This document shows positions 47,017-58,600 of a stretch of 64,000 nt of DNA, in pieces. Source of the DNA: a virus; the IMG/VR virus record IMGVR_UViG_3300045922_000503, positions 1-64,000 of that record; one strand, written 5' to 3'. Below the pieces are notes generated by a model. The model was given only the letters and a program-made list of their open reading frames with translations. It made no database searches and had not been told where the DNA came from. Each line of letters begins with the position of its first letter. The first letter of the stretch is position 1. A program made the translations under genes and the position numbers.

Positions 47017-47408
47017 CCATGAGCAACGTCAGCATGTCCTACGCGCTGGAAAAGCTATCCAGAATCGGTAACTACGGGATCAACTGGGAGAAGGAGGCAA
47101 ACCGTCTGGCAGCGGATGAGGCTGCAGCAAGGAGAGTCAGTCTCTGGCTGAAAGCGAATAATGCACTCCCGTTCGAGGTCAAGATGAAGGGAGCGGCCCC
47201 GACGCCCAGTAGCGTTGCGCCGCAACTCCCACCGGCTGCTGTGCGGTCGAGGTGGGGGCGGTTTGGGGCTATCGGGGCCGGTGTAGGGTTGCTGGGTGCA
47301 GCGGGCGCCGGTGGGTATGCAGTCGGGGGTAAGCACGGGTACGGCAGGGCTGAACAGGACATCTACGACGCCATCACGCAGCAGCAGTCTCGACAGTACT
47401 CAGGGTGA
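47013..47408 (+). CDS. Leader-bearing protein with C-terminal Gly zipper (..SMSYALEKLS)
   Basis: Leader motif; Pro linker; GAIGAGVGLLGAAGAGGY. Confidence 0.8.
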   Translation: MTMSNVSMSYALEKLSRIGNYGINWEKEANRLAADEAAARRVSLWLKANNALPFEVKMKGAAPTPSSVAPQLPPAAVRSRWGRFGAIGAGVGLLGAAGAGGYAVGGKHGYGRAEQDIYDAITQQQSRQYSG

Positions 47409-47414
47409 CCGGCC

Positions 47415-47882
47415 GTGATGAAGGTATCCCATAGATGCGCCCTGCGGAAGCTGTCCGCTCTGTACCGAAACGGGCAGCCTCTGTCGCTAGAGCAGGGTAA
47501 ACAGTGGACAGACCTGGACGTCGATGCGCTAGAGCGGAAGATGGTGGCGGAGGGCAGGCCTCCATTTACAGAGGAACAGCGGCGACGAGCATCGCCCCGT
47601 CGCACCCGCTCCGTGCCTCAGCCTCCTGTGGTATCGACAGCTTCGCCTTTGCAAGATACAGTAGCACCGACACGGGCTGCACCAGCGCCCGTTTCAGTTA
47701 CGGCTCCTCCGGCGGCTGTTCCCACCCCAGGTACGATGGCACCCCCTACTCCCCAGTCAGCGGGAACCGCGACTGCTAGTCGAGTCTCTCCCCACATGCC
47801 AGGTAGGTGGAGACCCTACGCAGCTGCAGGAGCGCTCGGGTTAGGAGCTGGGTATCTAGGCGGACGATTGGTAGGAGGATGA
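47415..47882 (+). CDS. Leader-bearing Pro-rich protein with C-terminal Gly zipper (MKVSHRCALRKLS)
   Basis: Leader motif; AAAGALGLGAGYLGG tail. Confidence 0.8.
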   Translation: MMKVSHRCALRKLSALYRNGQPLSLEQGKQWTDLDVDALERKMVAEGRPPFTEEQRRRASPRRTRSVPQPPVVSTASPLQDTVAPTRAAPAPVSVTAPPAAVPTPGTMAPPTPQSAGTATASRVSPHMPGRWRPYAAAGALGLGAGYLGGRLVGG

Positions 47883-47941
47883 CACAATGAACCCTCGTAG
47901 CCGATGCGCCCTAGCAACAGATCTTTCCCCCAAGAGGCCAC

Positions 47942-48403
47942 ATGGCAATGAACTCGTCTCTTAGACTCTACGCCCTATCGAAGGTTTCTTCTCTCTCGGA
48001 GGCAGCTACCTATGGGGGTGTAGGCCTTCATGCTGGCGTTTTGGGAGGCGCTGCGCTCGGATACGCATCACCGGAGAGCGCCAAGGCACGGGCAGGTCTG
48101 AAGGCTGAACGTGCCGCCAACGCCGCAGCTTTGGCCGCGGGCCCGACGGACGATAGACTGCTCCAGAAGGGCCTAGCTATGACCTTCGACAAGAACGCGC
48201 CCGGTGCCCTAACCGATAAAATGGTAGACGCTCTCTATAACCCTGCGTCTAGTCAGGTTGACCTCCGTCGTGTCGACCGGCTATTGGATACGAACAACGC
48301 GGCTCAAGCGTACCGTAGGGTGTACGGCCAGATGGGCAGATATGGGGCGGCAGGGGCTCTGGGGCTTGGAGCTCTTGGGGCAGGCGTCGGGCTTTTCTCG
48401 TAA
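47942..48403 (+). CDS. Leader-bearing Gly-zipper protein (MNSSLRLYALSKVS)
   Basis: Leader motif; two Gly-rich segments. Confidence 0.8.
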   Translation: MAMNSSLRLYALSKVSSLSEAATYGGVGLHAGVLGGAALGYASPESAKARAGLKAERAANAAALAAGPTDDRLLQKGLAMTFDKNAPGALTDKMVDALYNPASSQVDLRRVDRLLDTNNAAQAYRRVYGQMGRYGAAGALGLGALGAGVGLFS

Positions 48404-48412
48404 AGGTGGGAC

Positions 48413-49306
<894 letters not shown>

Positions 49307-49469
49307 CCCGGTAGCACCCATGGGTACCGCGTCCCAACGCTGAAACCGTCGTACGTGTCAAAGAAGCAACCTGCCCCGAATACGTCGGCCTGCGCAAGAG
49401 GGTACTTGGCAGGCCGGCGGTAACGTGACATCATCACGAGAGTCAGCACCCACCTCTGAGAGCGACACC

Positions 49470-50204
49470 ATGAATGCACGGTCCTGTTTGATCAAGCTGG
49501 CCTCGGAAAGCGAGGAAGAGGAGCGGCGGCGCCGCCTCCGAGCCGCCGCCAATATGACCAAGGACGTAGCTGTTCCCACCGCGGTAGGTGCAGGAGCAGG
49601 TCTACTGGCTGGCGCAGTCGGAGGCAGCGCCATTGGAGCTGGCATGGGGGCCCTAAGCGTGGGAGGCCTGGGGTATGGAGTTCGCCAGGCCCTCCGAAAT
49701 AGCCCGAACCCCCAAGCCGCCAGCATCCTATCCGCTATCCCTCGTCGTACCCTAGCGGTCGGCACAGCACTGGGCGCCTTGGCTGGTGGCGCTGGAGGAG
49801 CACTTATGGGGGCTCAGACACTCCTGCCGCTGGGCGCCTTGGCAGGCGCAGGCGTGGGCGGTCTCAACGTCGCCAACAAAGCCGCGACGGGCCAGTACAA
49901 GGGGTCTTCCCCGGGGTACGTGGAGTACAATGGGTACGAAGAGCCTCCCAGTGTCCTCGGAGGTACGGCACGCGGCGCCTTGGGAGGCGCAGCCATCGGC
50001 GCCGGAGTCGGGGCAGCACTGCTAGGTGCACGAGGTCTTGCGCGTAGGTTCGGGGGTGAATCTGTCCGCGAAATGGCAGAGCTTTCGCGCCTCTCGAACC
50101 CAGCAAGACCCGTCCTAGGGATCTCCACTCTGGGGTTCGCTACCCCGGGCGCGATCTACGGCGGAGTCTCCGCCTCGCGTGATCGACGGCGGAGAGGGTA
50201 CTGA
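49470..50204 (+). CDS. Leader-bearing multi-Gly-zipper protein (MNARSCLIKLA)
   Basis: Shorter leader variant; extensive GxxxG arrays. Confidence 0.75.
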   Translation: MNARSCLIKLASESEEEERRRRLRAAANMTKDVAVPTAVGAGAGLLAGAVGGSAIGAGMGALSVGGLGYGVRQALRNSPNPQAASILSAIPRRTLAVGTALGALAGGAGGALMGAQTLLPLGALAGAGVGGLNVANKAATGQYKGSSPGYVEYNGYEEPPSVLGGTARGALGGAAIGAGVGAALLGARGLARRFGGESVREMAELSRLSNPARPVLGISTLGFATPGAIYGGVSASRDRRRRGY

Positions 50205-50984
50205 ATGAAGCGGTCCTCCGCGCTACCTCCTGACCATCCTGAGTACTCGAGTGCAGGAGCCCGACTCTCCAAGGGCGGTGCGCTCGTAGGTTCGGGACTA
50301 GGGATGGTAGGCGGGTTAGGTATTGGGGCGTTGTCCAACCGAATCGGAGGATTCTCTAAAGTTCCTGCCCGACTCAACCTGGCCGCGTCTACCGCAGTCG
50401 GGACTCTGGCAGCGGGGGGATCCGGCGGGGCACATGGGTACATGGCCGGGCAGTTGGGCTCGGCTGCGTTTCCAGATGCCTCCCTCTTTGACCAGGCCGT
50501 AGTAGGCCGTGCTACCATTGGAGCAGCCAAGTCTACCGGGCTGGGCCCTGTTTTCGCTGCTATTGGAGGGGCTGTAGGTGCGCTACGAGGCGCAGCGGAT
50601 GCCGGGGCTACCCACCTGGTTGAGAAGTTCTCTCAGGAGATGGAGGGGACTCCTGCCCTCGACAGCCCGGACGCCGTGGAAGAAGAAGCCCCTAAATGGA
50701 AGATTCGCATGCCCTCCCCTGCGGCACAGGGGGTGCGATCCGGGTCGACGCTGGGGGCCTTGGCCGGCGCAGGAATCATGGGGGTCGTAGGCGCTCGACG
50801 CCACGGCATGGAGGCTCCTTTGTGGGCTGCCTTTGACACATTCAGGGGTGGGGTCGCTGGGGGAGCTCTTGGAGGCATTGCAGGCGGAGTGGTCGGCGGG
50901 ATACGTGGCAAGCAGTCGTCCGCGGCTCGTACGGCTCTGGAAATCGCAGCTGACTTTACGAGGCGCAGGCAGACGGGGGTGTAA
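50205..50984 (+). CDS. Multi-Gly-zipper protein with internal EKFS motif
   Basis: Starts MKRSS; N-half paralogous to 50984..51508. Confidence 0.75.
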   Translation: MKRSSALPPDHPEYSSAGARLSKGGALVGSGLGMVGGLGIGALSNRIGGFSKVPARLNLAASTAVGTLAAGGSGGAHGYMAGQLGSAAFPDASLFDQAVVGRATIGAAKSTGLGPVFAAIGGAVGALRGAADAGATHLVEKFSQEMEGTPALDSPDAVEEEAPKWKIRMPSPAAQGVRSGSTLGALAGAGIMGVVGARRHGMEAPLWAAFDTFRGGVAGGALGGIAGGVVGGIRGKQSSAARTALEIAADFTRRRQTGV

Positions 50985-51508
50985 TGGCGACCTCTCGCAG
51001 CCGCCCTATCGCCCCTCCGCCCCCCGCACCGGCGACTCCTCATGAGGTTGGGATGCAGCTGGCGTGGAGTGGTGCCACCCAGGGCGCGGGAGGGGGGGCA
51101 ATGGCTCTGCCCACTGCAGCTAGACTGTCATTCTCTACAGGCTGGCTGCCTAAGACTCAAAAGGGCAGGTCGTTGGCTGCTACTGGGCTGATGGGGGTAG
51201 GCGGATTGCTGGGGACCGCCCAAGGGTACCTGGGGGGGCAGATCGGAGCGAGAATCGCCCCAAACGCTAACATTCGGGACCAGTCGACCTTGGGGCACGC
51301 GGCTCTGTACGCGGCTCCCTTTGCCCTATTGCCCCCCGTAGCGATAGCCGCCGGGGTAGCAGGAGCGGTGGCGGGGGTCGGTACAGGGTTGGCGGCCGAG
51401 GCGTATGCGGACCCACAGATCGAAAAGGTATCGCAGGCCCCTCGCACGTCTGATGTGCTGAGAGGCTGGTGCGTCTACTCACTGGCCATTGGGGCGGGTC
51501 AGCAGTAA
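50984..51508 (+). CDS. Gly-zipper protein with EKVS motif near C-terminus
   Basis: TAATG coupling; GYLGGQIG..PNANIRDQSTLG vs GYMAGQLG..PDASLFDQAVVG in the preceding gene. Confidence 0.75.
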   Translation: MATSRSRPIAPPPPAPATPHEVGMQLAWSGATQGAGGGAMALPTAARLSFSTGWLPKTQKGRSLAATGLMGVGGLLGTAQGYLGGQIGARIAPNANIRDQSTLGHAALYAAPFALLPPVAIAAGVAGAVAGVGTGLAAEAYADPQIEKVSQAPRTSDVLRGWCVYSLAIGAGQQ

Positions 51509-51705
51509 TCCGTACCGGGCGCTGCGTCCTCGATCTCTTTGTCCCAGAGGGCAGGCTTCTCCTGCTCGGGGGTCGTCTTGGCGGCGGGAAGACGGATCTG
51601 TCGAGCTGCGGCGGCAGCATCGCCGGAGGGTGGGGGCAATGGAATCACGGACAGGAGGGCCTGAACAGCGGGGTGGCAGGTAGCGTTCTCTGCGTTGGTA
51701 GGCAC
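51499..51705 (-). CDS. Small hypothetical protein
   Basis: GAGG RBS before GTG; fills a gap. Confidence 0.4.
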   Translation of the reverse strand: MPTNAENATCHPAVQALLSVIPLPPPSGDAAAAARQIRLPAAKTTPEQEKPALWDKEIEDAAPGTDYC

Positions 51706-51714
51706 GGTAGCCTC

Positions 51715-51954
51715 TCAGGAAAGACTCAAGATGTAAGCGTGGACGACTGGCCAGGCTCCAACCTTGATGGTGATAGGGGGTTGGGATGATGGGTGGCGCT
51801 CTACCACCCACTGCCCGTCGGGAAGGTCAGGATCTGGGGAGGTCAAGCACCCGACTACGTAGGTACTATCAGGCGATTTCCATCCAGGACGGCTCACCGT
51901 CTTCGACCATGCCCGCGCAGTGAAGAACTCAAGAGGGGTAGGTACTGCAGTCAT
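51715..51954 (-). CDS. Small hypothetical protein (MTAVPTPLEFF...)
   Basis: ATG 51954; possible promoter variant GGACATAAGG at 51991-52000. Confidence 0.45.
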   Translation of the reverse strand: MTAVPTPLEFFTARAWSKTVSRPGWKSPDSTYVVGCLTSPDPDLPDGQWVVERHPSSQPPITIKVGAWPVVHAYILSLS

Positions 51955-52083
51955 TCGATGTCCAGGGGCAGAGGAAAGAGGTATCGCAGCCCTTATGTCC
52001 AACAACGAGGAACTTGTCCACGCCTGTCCCTCGTGCTACCCTCAGGAGAGGCGCCCCCGCCACCTCAGACAAGCAGAGGCCAC

Positions 52084-52887
52084 ATGCGTCCCTACTACAA
52101 GAGATCTTCCCTTCAAGAAGTTGCCGACCTGGCGCAACAAAAGTCCGTGCTCCCTCTAGGCCTCATCGGGGCCGGAGCAGGCGGGCTGGCAGGTCTTGGA
52201 CTAGGAAGCCTCGTTGGCAAAGCAATTGGAAGGCGGGTCAGCCCTGTGACGCATACGCTTATGGCGCTGGGCGCGGCAGGGTCGGGCGCGAGCGTTGGTG
52301 TAGACTGGGCTAACCGGAATGCTATCGCAGATGCTCGCGACCAGGTCATTGGCCGGATGAGTGACGACGATCTGTCGAGGGCAAGGTCACTGATGGCCCT
52401 CGAGCATGCGTACACTACGGGGAGGATGGGAGTAGACGCAACGGACAGGTACGAGCGTATGTACGAGGAACTCCCTGTCGACCCGTACGACGGGCCAATC
52501 AACGCGCGGGGAGCGCGCGCAGCTATGCTCGGGGCCCAGGCATTGGGGGCGGCTGGTCTAGTCGGAGCCATCAACCCGTTCGGGGCACAAGGCGTTAGAA
52601 GGGCGGCGGCACCATTGGCAGCAGCGCTCGGCGTGACCGGTATCGGTCTGATGAGAGACCCTTCCGGTAGACTCCCGAAGGGAGACAGGGACCATATGCG
52701 TAAGATGGGCCCTATGGTTATTGGCGGCGGTCCCGGCAATCGCGTGGCACCGCCGCTCCGGTCTACTCAGACTGCATTTGATGCGGCGGACAACGAGTTC
52801 AACCTGCGGAATGCTCTGCGAGGTCTATCCAAGCAGTCGTCAGCTCCTCTCCTTCGCCGCGGAGCCGACTATCTCTACTGGGGCTAA
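52084..52887 (+). CDS. Gly-zipper protein (MRPYYKRSS...; C-terminal LSKQSS)
   Basis: GAGG RBS before ATG 52084; two Gly-zipper hairpins. Confidence 0.75.
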   Translation: MRPYYKRSSLQEVADLAQQKSVLPLGLIGAGAGGLAGLGLGSLVGKAIGRRVSPVTHTLMALGAAGSGASVGVDWANRNAIADARDQVIGRMSDDDLSRARSLMALEHAYTTGRMGVDATDRYERMYEELPVDPYDGPINARGARAAMLGAQALGAAGLVGAINPFGAQGVRRAAAPLAAALGVTGIGLMRDPSGRLPKGDRDHMRKMGPMVIGGGPGNRVAPPLRSTQTAFDAADNEFNLRNALRGLSKQSSAPLLRRGADYLYWG

Positions 52888-52891
52888 AACA

Positions 52892-52916
52892 AGGCCCCGC
52901 TGCTACAGCGGGGCCT
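52892..52916. terminator. Hairpin between convergent genes
   Basis: AGGCCCCGCTG-CTA-CAGCGGGGCCT preceded by an A-run. Confidence 0.65.
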
Positions 52917-52962
52917 CCCTCACGCGCCTAGACGCGCAATCACCGGCGGCGCGGTCTTCCAA

Positions 52963-53634
52963 TCAGGCACGTACCTCCGAGGAGACAGCCTCCTGACTCA
53001 CGGCCCGGGCGATGTCCTCCCACATTTCGTCGATCAAGCTCAGCCGAGCACGCTCAGCTGCCCTGCGGAAGTAGCCCTCATGCGCCATACGGAGTCTCCG
53101 TACGTGGTCCTTATCCCCTGTTGCCCCGCACACGCGGTGGAACAGGGCGTCGTCTTTGCCCCCACAGGAGCCCCGCAGCAGCCGTAAAGCGTCCTCTTTT
53201 ACTCGACGTTCTACGCCCGCCGCTACGGCAGCCACGACTACCTGGTCCTCCTCTTCCCGACTCAGGGAAAGGCCCATCGCTGCAAGCGTGTTCCGACAGG
53301 CGAGAGCGCCCCATCGGTCCCACGCCTGGGAAGCCATGCTCTTGGGGACAGGCCCGTCATGGCTATGATCTTTCCACGCCTGCTCCGGGTTGTTGGAGCA
53401 GAAGTTGGACCAGTGGGGGTTTCCAAAGGTCATACCCCACGCCCTGTCGCTGGGGACCAAAGGCGTTTCCCCTGCAAGCACCACCGTCCAAGGACGGTAG
53501 TACACCTCCTCCCTTTCGGGGGAGATAACCACCCTTGCTGCCGGAAAGGCAGTCTTCACGACTGCCACTGCGGCGCTGGCGTCAAAGCTCTTCACTTCCT
53601 TCTCCAGAACGACGATGCGCGTAACTGCCACCAT
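52963..53634 (-). CDS. Hypothetical protein (223 aa)
   Basis: AGGAG RBS; downstream of promoter motif 53682. Confidence 0.75.
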   Translation of the reverse strand: MVAVTRIVVLEKEVKSFDASAAVAVVKTAFPAARVVISPEREEVYYRPWTVVLAGETPLVPSDRAWGMTFGNPHWSNFCSNNPEQAWKDHSHDGPVPKSMASQAWDRWGALACRNTLAAMGLSLSREEEDQVVVAAVAAGVERRVKEDALRLLRGSCGGKDDALFHRVCGATGDKDHVRRLRMAHEGYFRRAAERARLSLIDEMWEDIARAVSQEAVSSEVRA

Positions 53635-53681
53635 GACGGATCTCCTGTGCTTTTGGGAACCTCCATGGTTCCTCCTGGTTA

Positions 53682-53691
53682 TGTTATGGCC
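53682..53691 (-). promoter_or_regulatory. GGCCATAACA promoter motif plus hairpin GGAACC-ATGGA-GGTTCC
   Basis: Exact motif ~47 nt upstream of ATG 53634. Confidence 0.75.
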
Positions 53692-53716
53692 GCGTAAGTA
53701 CTTCAGAAGACTAACA

Positions 53717-53762
53717 AAACCTGCCTCTGCGGAGGACGATTATCCTACACAGAGGCAGGTTT
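53717..53762 (-). terminator. Stem-loop with flanking T-runs
   Basis: AAACCTGCCTCTG/CAGAGGCAGGTTT. Confidence 0.6.
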
Positions 53763-53980
53763 GCCGATGTCGTCTTTGCCCCTCAGACGCCATGCCCCCG
53801 TCCGTTAGAAACTTCTCGGCGGTATCCCTTAGACTCGGGTCCGCCTCTTCGACGCACCCTCCCCAGCCGTCTGCGTAGTAGCCCGGACATGCTCGTTGCT
53901 CGTGCGCTCCTCTGGGTGTAGATGGAGGTAGACTACCTGCCCCCCGCCGTGGCTATGGCCATTCTCAGCAGGAGACGCCC

Positions 53981-55675
53981 GTGAGAACCAGAATCAGAGT
54001 GGCTAAGATCCTAGACGTCGACCCGGCGAAGTTCACCGCTACGATTCAGTACTTGGGCTCCGAGGGTGTGGTGGGAGATGTCCCCATCAGTTCCCCCTTC
54101 CTCGACATCGAGGGAGGGGCGCACAGCGGGGGGATGCCGAGGGCTGGATCCTTCTACTTGGTCGTGTTTCCGGAGAACGCTTCTCAGCCGGTGGTGTGGG
54201 GAGGATACCCGCTCCCCACCCCCGATGTCGGGCAGGCAGAGGGGATGGAAGACCGCGAAAGCGCCGCAGGCCCCCGAGACGACTTCTCCAGCTCCAGGGC
54301 TTTCATGGCTCCAGGGGACCAAGGCCTGTTCGGGTATGATGGAGCCAAGGTGGCACTCAGGTCTTCTGGCGTGCTAGAGCTATTCATGGATGAGATGTGC
54401 TGGACCCGGTACTTCATGGACCAGCACGCCATCCGGAGCATGGCCCGAGCGGTGATGCACTCCGGATGGTGGGGAGCTGTCGAGGGCTTCGTCCTCGACG
54501 ACAACCTGGCGGAAGACGCAGAAGGGGCGCCCACGGGGGCGAGAGTCATCATCAAGAACAGGACTCAGGGCGCAGCGCACGTTCTCATGGAGGCAGGGTC
54601 CATCCCGGACGAGGCTGGCGTGCAGCTCGCTGGCGTACCCGTACAGGATCAGGGGACTCTGTCCGAGGTTTGCATGCGTCTTCTGGTGTACGACCAGGAG
54701 ACCGCTGACGCCTACCATGACATGGGGCAGTTCCCGCCGGCTGAGCAGGCTCGGGTCATGATCAAGGTCGACCAGGAGGGCAACTCCCAGGTGCGCCTCA
54801 TGGGCATGCTTGACCTCATGGTGAAGAGGCTCCTGCTCTCTGTAGAGGAACGCGTCGTGGCTGAAGTGCACGGGGCCACGCAGATGATTCTCAACGGGTT
54901 GGACATTGAGTCATCCGCGGATGCCCGTGTCGTTTCCGACACCGGCATCCTTCTCAAGAGCCGGGGGGACGTCCGCATCAGGGCGAGGCGCTTCATCGTC
55001 GAGGCGCTCAACGACATCATCGCAACAGAGGGTGCCTGGGGCGTGGACGCCGGGGGAGCAGTGAGCATCGCCGGCGCCAGCGGGCTCAACCTGCGCTCGG
55101 GCCGGGATCTGACGGTCACTGCAGCAGGAGACCGTGCGGACTCCACGGCAGGGCGCCTCGATGTGCTGGTGTCAGGCCAGGGGCCGCCGTCGTGGAAGAC
55201 TACAGACACCCCTACGCACAGGACTAGGCTCAGAGAGGGCAAGATGGTGCTGGAGACTCACAAGGGCTCCGTGGAAATGAAGCTCAACCCCTCCGGGTCT
55301 CCGGCCGCGCCGCCCCTATCCGCCATCCGCATCGTCGGGGATCCGACCCAGCCACACCTGTTAGGGCGTGTTGAGGTCTTGGCCGGCATCCTGGGCACGG
55401 GGCTCGTCGCAGATGTCTCCGGCCTCGTCAGCGTCGGCAACGTTGCCGGAGGCGTACTCATTGACCCTACAGGTCGGGTGCAGCTGGGACTCAGACAAGG
55501 CGTGGTGGGGAACGTCGTGACCAGCACCAGCCATCTGGACTACATGACTGGGCTTCCGCTGAGAGGTGCCCCCGAGGTCGTAGTGGTCAGTGCTCTTCCG
55601 GGCATCCCTGCACCCGGCGTCCCGGTAGTCCCGCCGCTCCCCTTCATCCCTACTCCTGACCTGATCGGCGCATGA
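53981..55675 (+). CDS. Probable baseplate central spike (gp5/VgrG-like OB fold plus beta-helix)
   Basis: N-terminal RVAKILDVD...GGMPRAGSFYLVVF resembles a gp5 OB fold; C-half of short beta-strand repeats; Pro-rich tip. Confidence 0.55.
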   Translation: MRTRIRVAKILDVDPAKFTATIQYLGSEGVVGDVPISSPFLDIEGGAHSGGMPRAGSFYLVVFPENASQPVVWGGYPLPTPDVGQAEGMEDRESAAGPRDDFSSSRAFMAPGDQGLFGYDGAKVALRSSGVLELFMDEMCWTRYFMDQHAIRSMARAVMHSGWWGAVEGFVLDDNLAEDAEGAPTGARVIIKNRTQGAAHVLMEAGSIPDEAGVQLAGVPVQDQGTLSEVCMRLLVYDQETADAYHDMGQFPPAEQARVMIKVDQEGNSQVRLMGMLDLMVKRLLLSVEERVVAEVHGATQMILNGLDIESSADARVVSDTGILLKSRGDVRIRARRFIVEALNDIIATEGAWGVDAGGAVSIAGASGLNLRSGRDLTVTAAGDRADSTAGRLDVLVSGQGPPSWKTTDTPTHRTRLREGKMVLETHKGSVEMKLNPSGSPAAPPLSAIRIVGDPTQPHLLGRVEVLAGILGTGLVADVSGLVSVGNVAGGVLIDPTGRVQLGLRQGVVGNVVTSTSHLDYMTGLPLRGAPEVVVVSALPGIPAPGVPVVPPLPFIPTPDLIGA

Positions 55676-58600
55676 CAGCACCACTTCGATGGGATCAGGC
55701 CGGCGGTGACATCGGCAACCCAGCTGCCCTGCGGGCCGTCATCGGCGGCCTGCAACAGGCGAGGGACGCGCTTGAAGCGTCCCGCATCCCTGCTCAGATT
55801 GTCGCCACGCTGGCAGAGGTGCAGTACTGGCTCGACCTTGCCATGACGCTGGCCTCGGGGCAGCGGGTCATAGGCATTGCACTGGGTCAGATCCTGATCG
55901 ACCTCGTTCGGCCCTACCTCAGCGACGGTGCGTACATCCTGGCTCACACCAATGTCGCGGATGTCATTCAGCAGCGGGGACTCAGGACTCTGTTGCAGCA
56001 CGGGCAGGATCCCTTTGCAACCGCAGGGGACCCGCCGCCCTACGCAGGCGATGTGTTCACAGACCCGCAGTCCCGCCTTCTTGCTGGCGTGCGTGGCAGT
56101 TTCTCCTTCGCTCGACAGGTGCGTCGCGTCTCATCTCCCTTGGCACGCAACCCTGTTGTCCAGGAGATCCTGACCACCCTAGCCGGAGAGCCACAGCAGA
56201 ACTTTGACACCTGGCTGCAGGACTTTCTGAACGCGTTCTACGACGAAGCTGACCCCCTGCGCCCGGTGCTGTACGAGAGCACTGGTCCTCTGACTCCCGG
56301 GCAGAGATTCGAGGTTGGTCCCCCGGAGTTCGGCGGGTATATCTTCACCGTGGAGACAACGGACCCTACTGTGCTGTTTCGCACACTCGGGCAACTGAGG
56401 GACTTGTTCCGGACGAGCTCCCCGTCTTTTGTCAACCCGATCTCCATCATTCCGCTGGGGGAGGACGAGGAGTACGACTGGAGGCGGGACCTTGCGAACT
56501 TCGCCATGTTCAGAGGGCCAGCAAGAGAGCGAATCCGCATGGTGAGCTCCACGCCGGACTTCCAGCGCCTCTCCACCGCCGACCTGATGCCGCTGGTCGA
56601 CAGATTCGCCAACCTGCTCAACATCGCGGCTGGATTCGTCGGACCTCCGCTGCTGGTCAACGTCAACCTCGACTCCATCATCCAGAGTCTGACAGAAACG
56701 TACCTGCGCATCCTTCGTATGCTCGACCTGATCATCAGCACCCTGACGCAGCTTCAAATGCTGCTGTCTGTGCCAGGGGTCAGCATGCTTCGGATCCCGC
56801 TCTCCCGCGCCAGCCTCGACAACTTCGTCGCCGACATCTACCGAGCGTCAAGCACCAGAGACGATCTAGTCCGAGTCGAGGCAACTCCTCCGCTGTTCCG
56901 TGAAGGGGCCGTAGACGACCCTACCGTTGAGAACCCTACCGAGTTGGCAATCGCCGGTATGCCAGTCGCGTTCGCCAACAGGGCTGTCGACAACTTCCGT
57001 CGCACCTGGGCCCGAGGGACGCTCATCCGGGACCGCCGTGTAGAGCAGGTCCACGGGTCCTATGTGGGCCGGGGCACCATCATGCGACGAAGCGAGGCCC
57101 AACGCATTGCAGCTGCCGTGCCCGAGTTTCGGTTCGGGCCCGTCCACAACCTGCTCGTGGGGGGTTTGGGAGTCTTCTACCAGCGAGGCCCCCTGTCTCA
57201 GTTCCTTGACGGCCTCTTCAACAGAAGCCGGCGCGGGGGAGGTACGGAAGAGGACCCAGCTTCACCTGAAGACATTGTCGACGAGCTTCGGCAAGTGCAG
57301 TCCGCGCTGTCCTCCGCAGTCACTGCTTCTATCCCCCGGCTTAGCGCGGCCCCGACAGCTCCTGCAGGGTCGCGGGCCAGCGTGGCGGCAGCGCGGGGGC
57401 CTGGCAGGGATTCCTTCAGGCTCGATGACCAAGAGACAGACAGGTTCTCCGACTCGGGCCGCGCCGCCGGCGCGGAGGACGGAGCGGCAGCAGCACAGTT
57501 ATCCTCCCCTTTGGGGGTGGTGTCGAGGCCTGCCGTAGACACGGCAGTCTCGGGGGCAGGCACTGGCTTCAGGCGTTGGGGAGCTGTGGCGGTAGACGCT
57601 GCCTCAGGGGCAGACCCCGGCACAGACGCCAACGTGGTCGTTGCGGGGTCTTGGCGACGAGTCGGCAGGATGCTGCCTGAGCGCCCAGATCTTGAGGTTC
57701 CGGCTGTCACTGGAGACGGCCCCCCTCTCGGGGCTCCGGGAGGACCCGACGACGTTCCTGCGTCGGGGCGGGTCGCGTCGCGCCTGTGGAAACACAGCGC
57801 TGTCTCTCAGGTCATCAGCGTGACCGGGGCCAGCTTGGACGGCCCGGTGCTGACCTGCCCTGGGTTTGGCCCTGCGTTCAGTATGCCGGACAACCCTGGC
57901 GCGGGGGATTACCTTTTGGCGGTAGATCTGCGGCTTCGTATTGAGGCGACAGCGGAAGAAGTCCGCGTCCGTACGTCGTTGGTCAAGGTGCTTGGCGCCG
58001 ATCGGTACCTGCTGTCCCACTGCCCGCCCTCTCCCCCTCTCGCCACGCTGCTCGGGATCACAGTCGTCGAGCGGGCCGACAACTTCCACCCCGCAGACGA
58101 GTACCTGGAGGTCGACGCAAGCGGTATGTCTCCAGACGACGTGCTGGCGGTCTCCGCGTGCGGCCGAAAGGTTCCTCGACCTGGCTTTGCCACCGCCGCT
58201 GCCGCAGAAGATGATCGAATCGGCGTGCTCTCCGCTTCCATCATCGTGGGGACGTACGTCGCCGCAACTTCTCCGGCACTTCCTTCTTCAATGACAGGCC
58301 CCTTGGGAGTGCTGGCAGGGCCAGTGAACTCCCCCACGCAGTCTCTGTCGACATCTTGGGCGACGGGGTCCAAGGTCCGAAGCTGGTCACCAGACGGAGA
58401 GCCATCCCCCAGCACAGACCGGCGCATCGCTGCCTCGCAGACGCCTATCACGCAGTGGCGGTTCTCTGGAAACTGGGCAAGCGCCATGGCAGTGCTTCCC
58501 CTGGCGGGAGGAGTGGTCCTTGGAGCTGGATCTCCCGCCGTGAACGCGCTGGTCTATGCCCCCTCGAACCCGGCCACTGGCAACCTCTCCACGCTCGGGG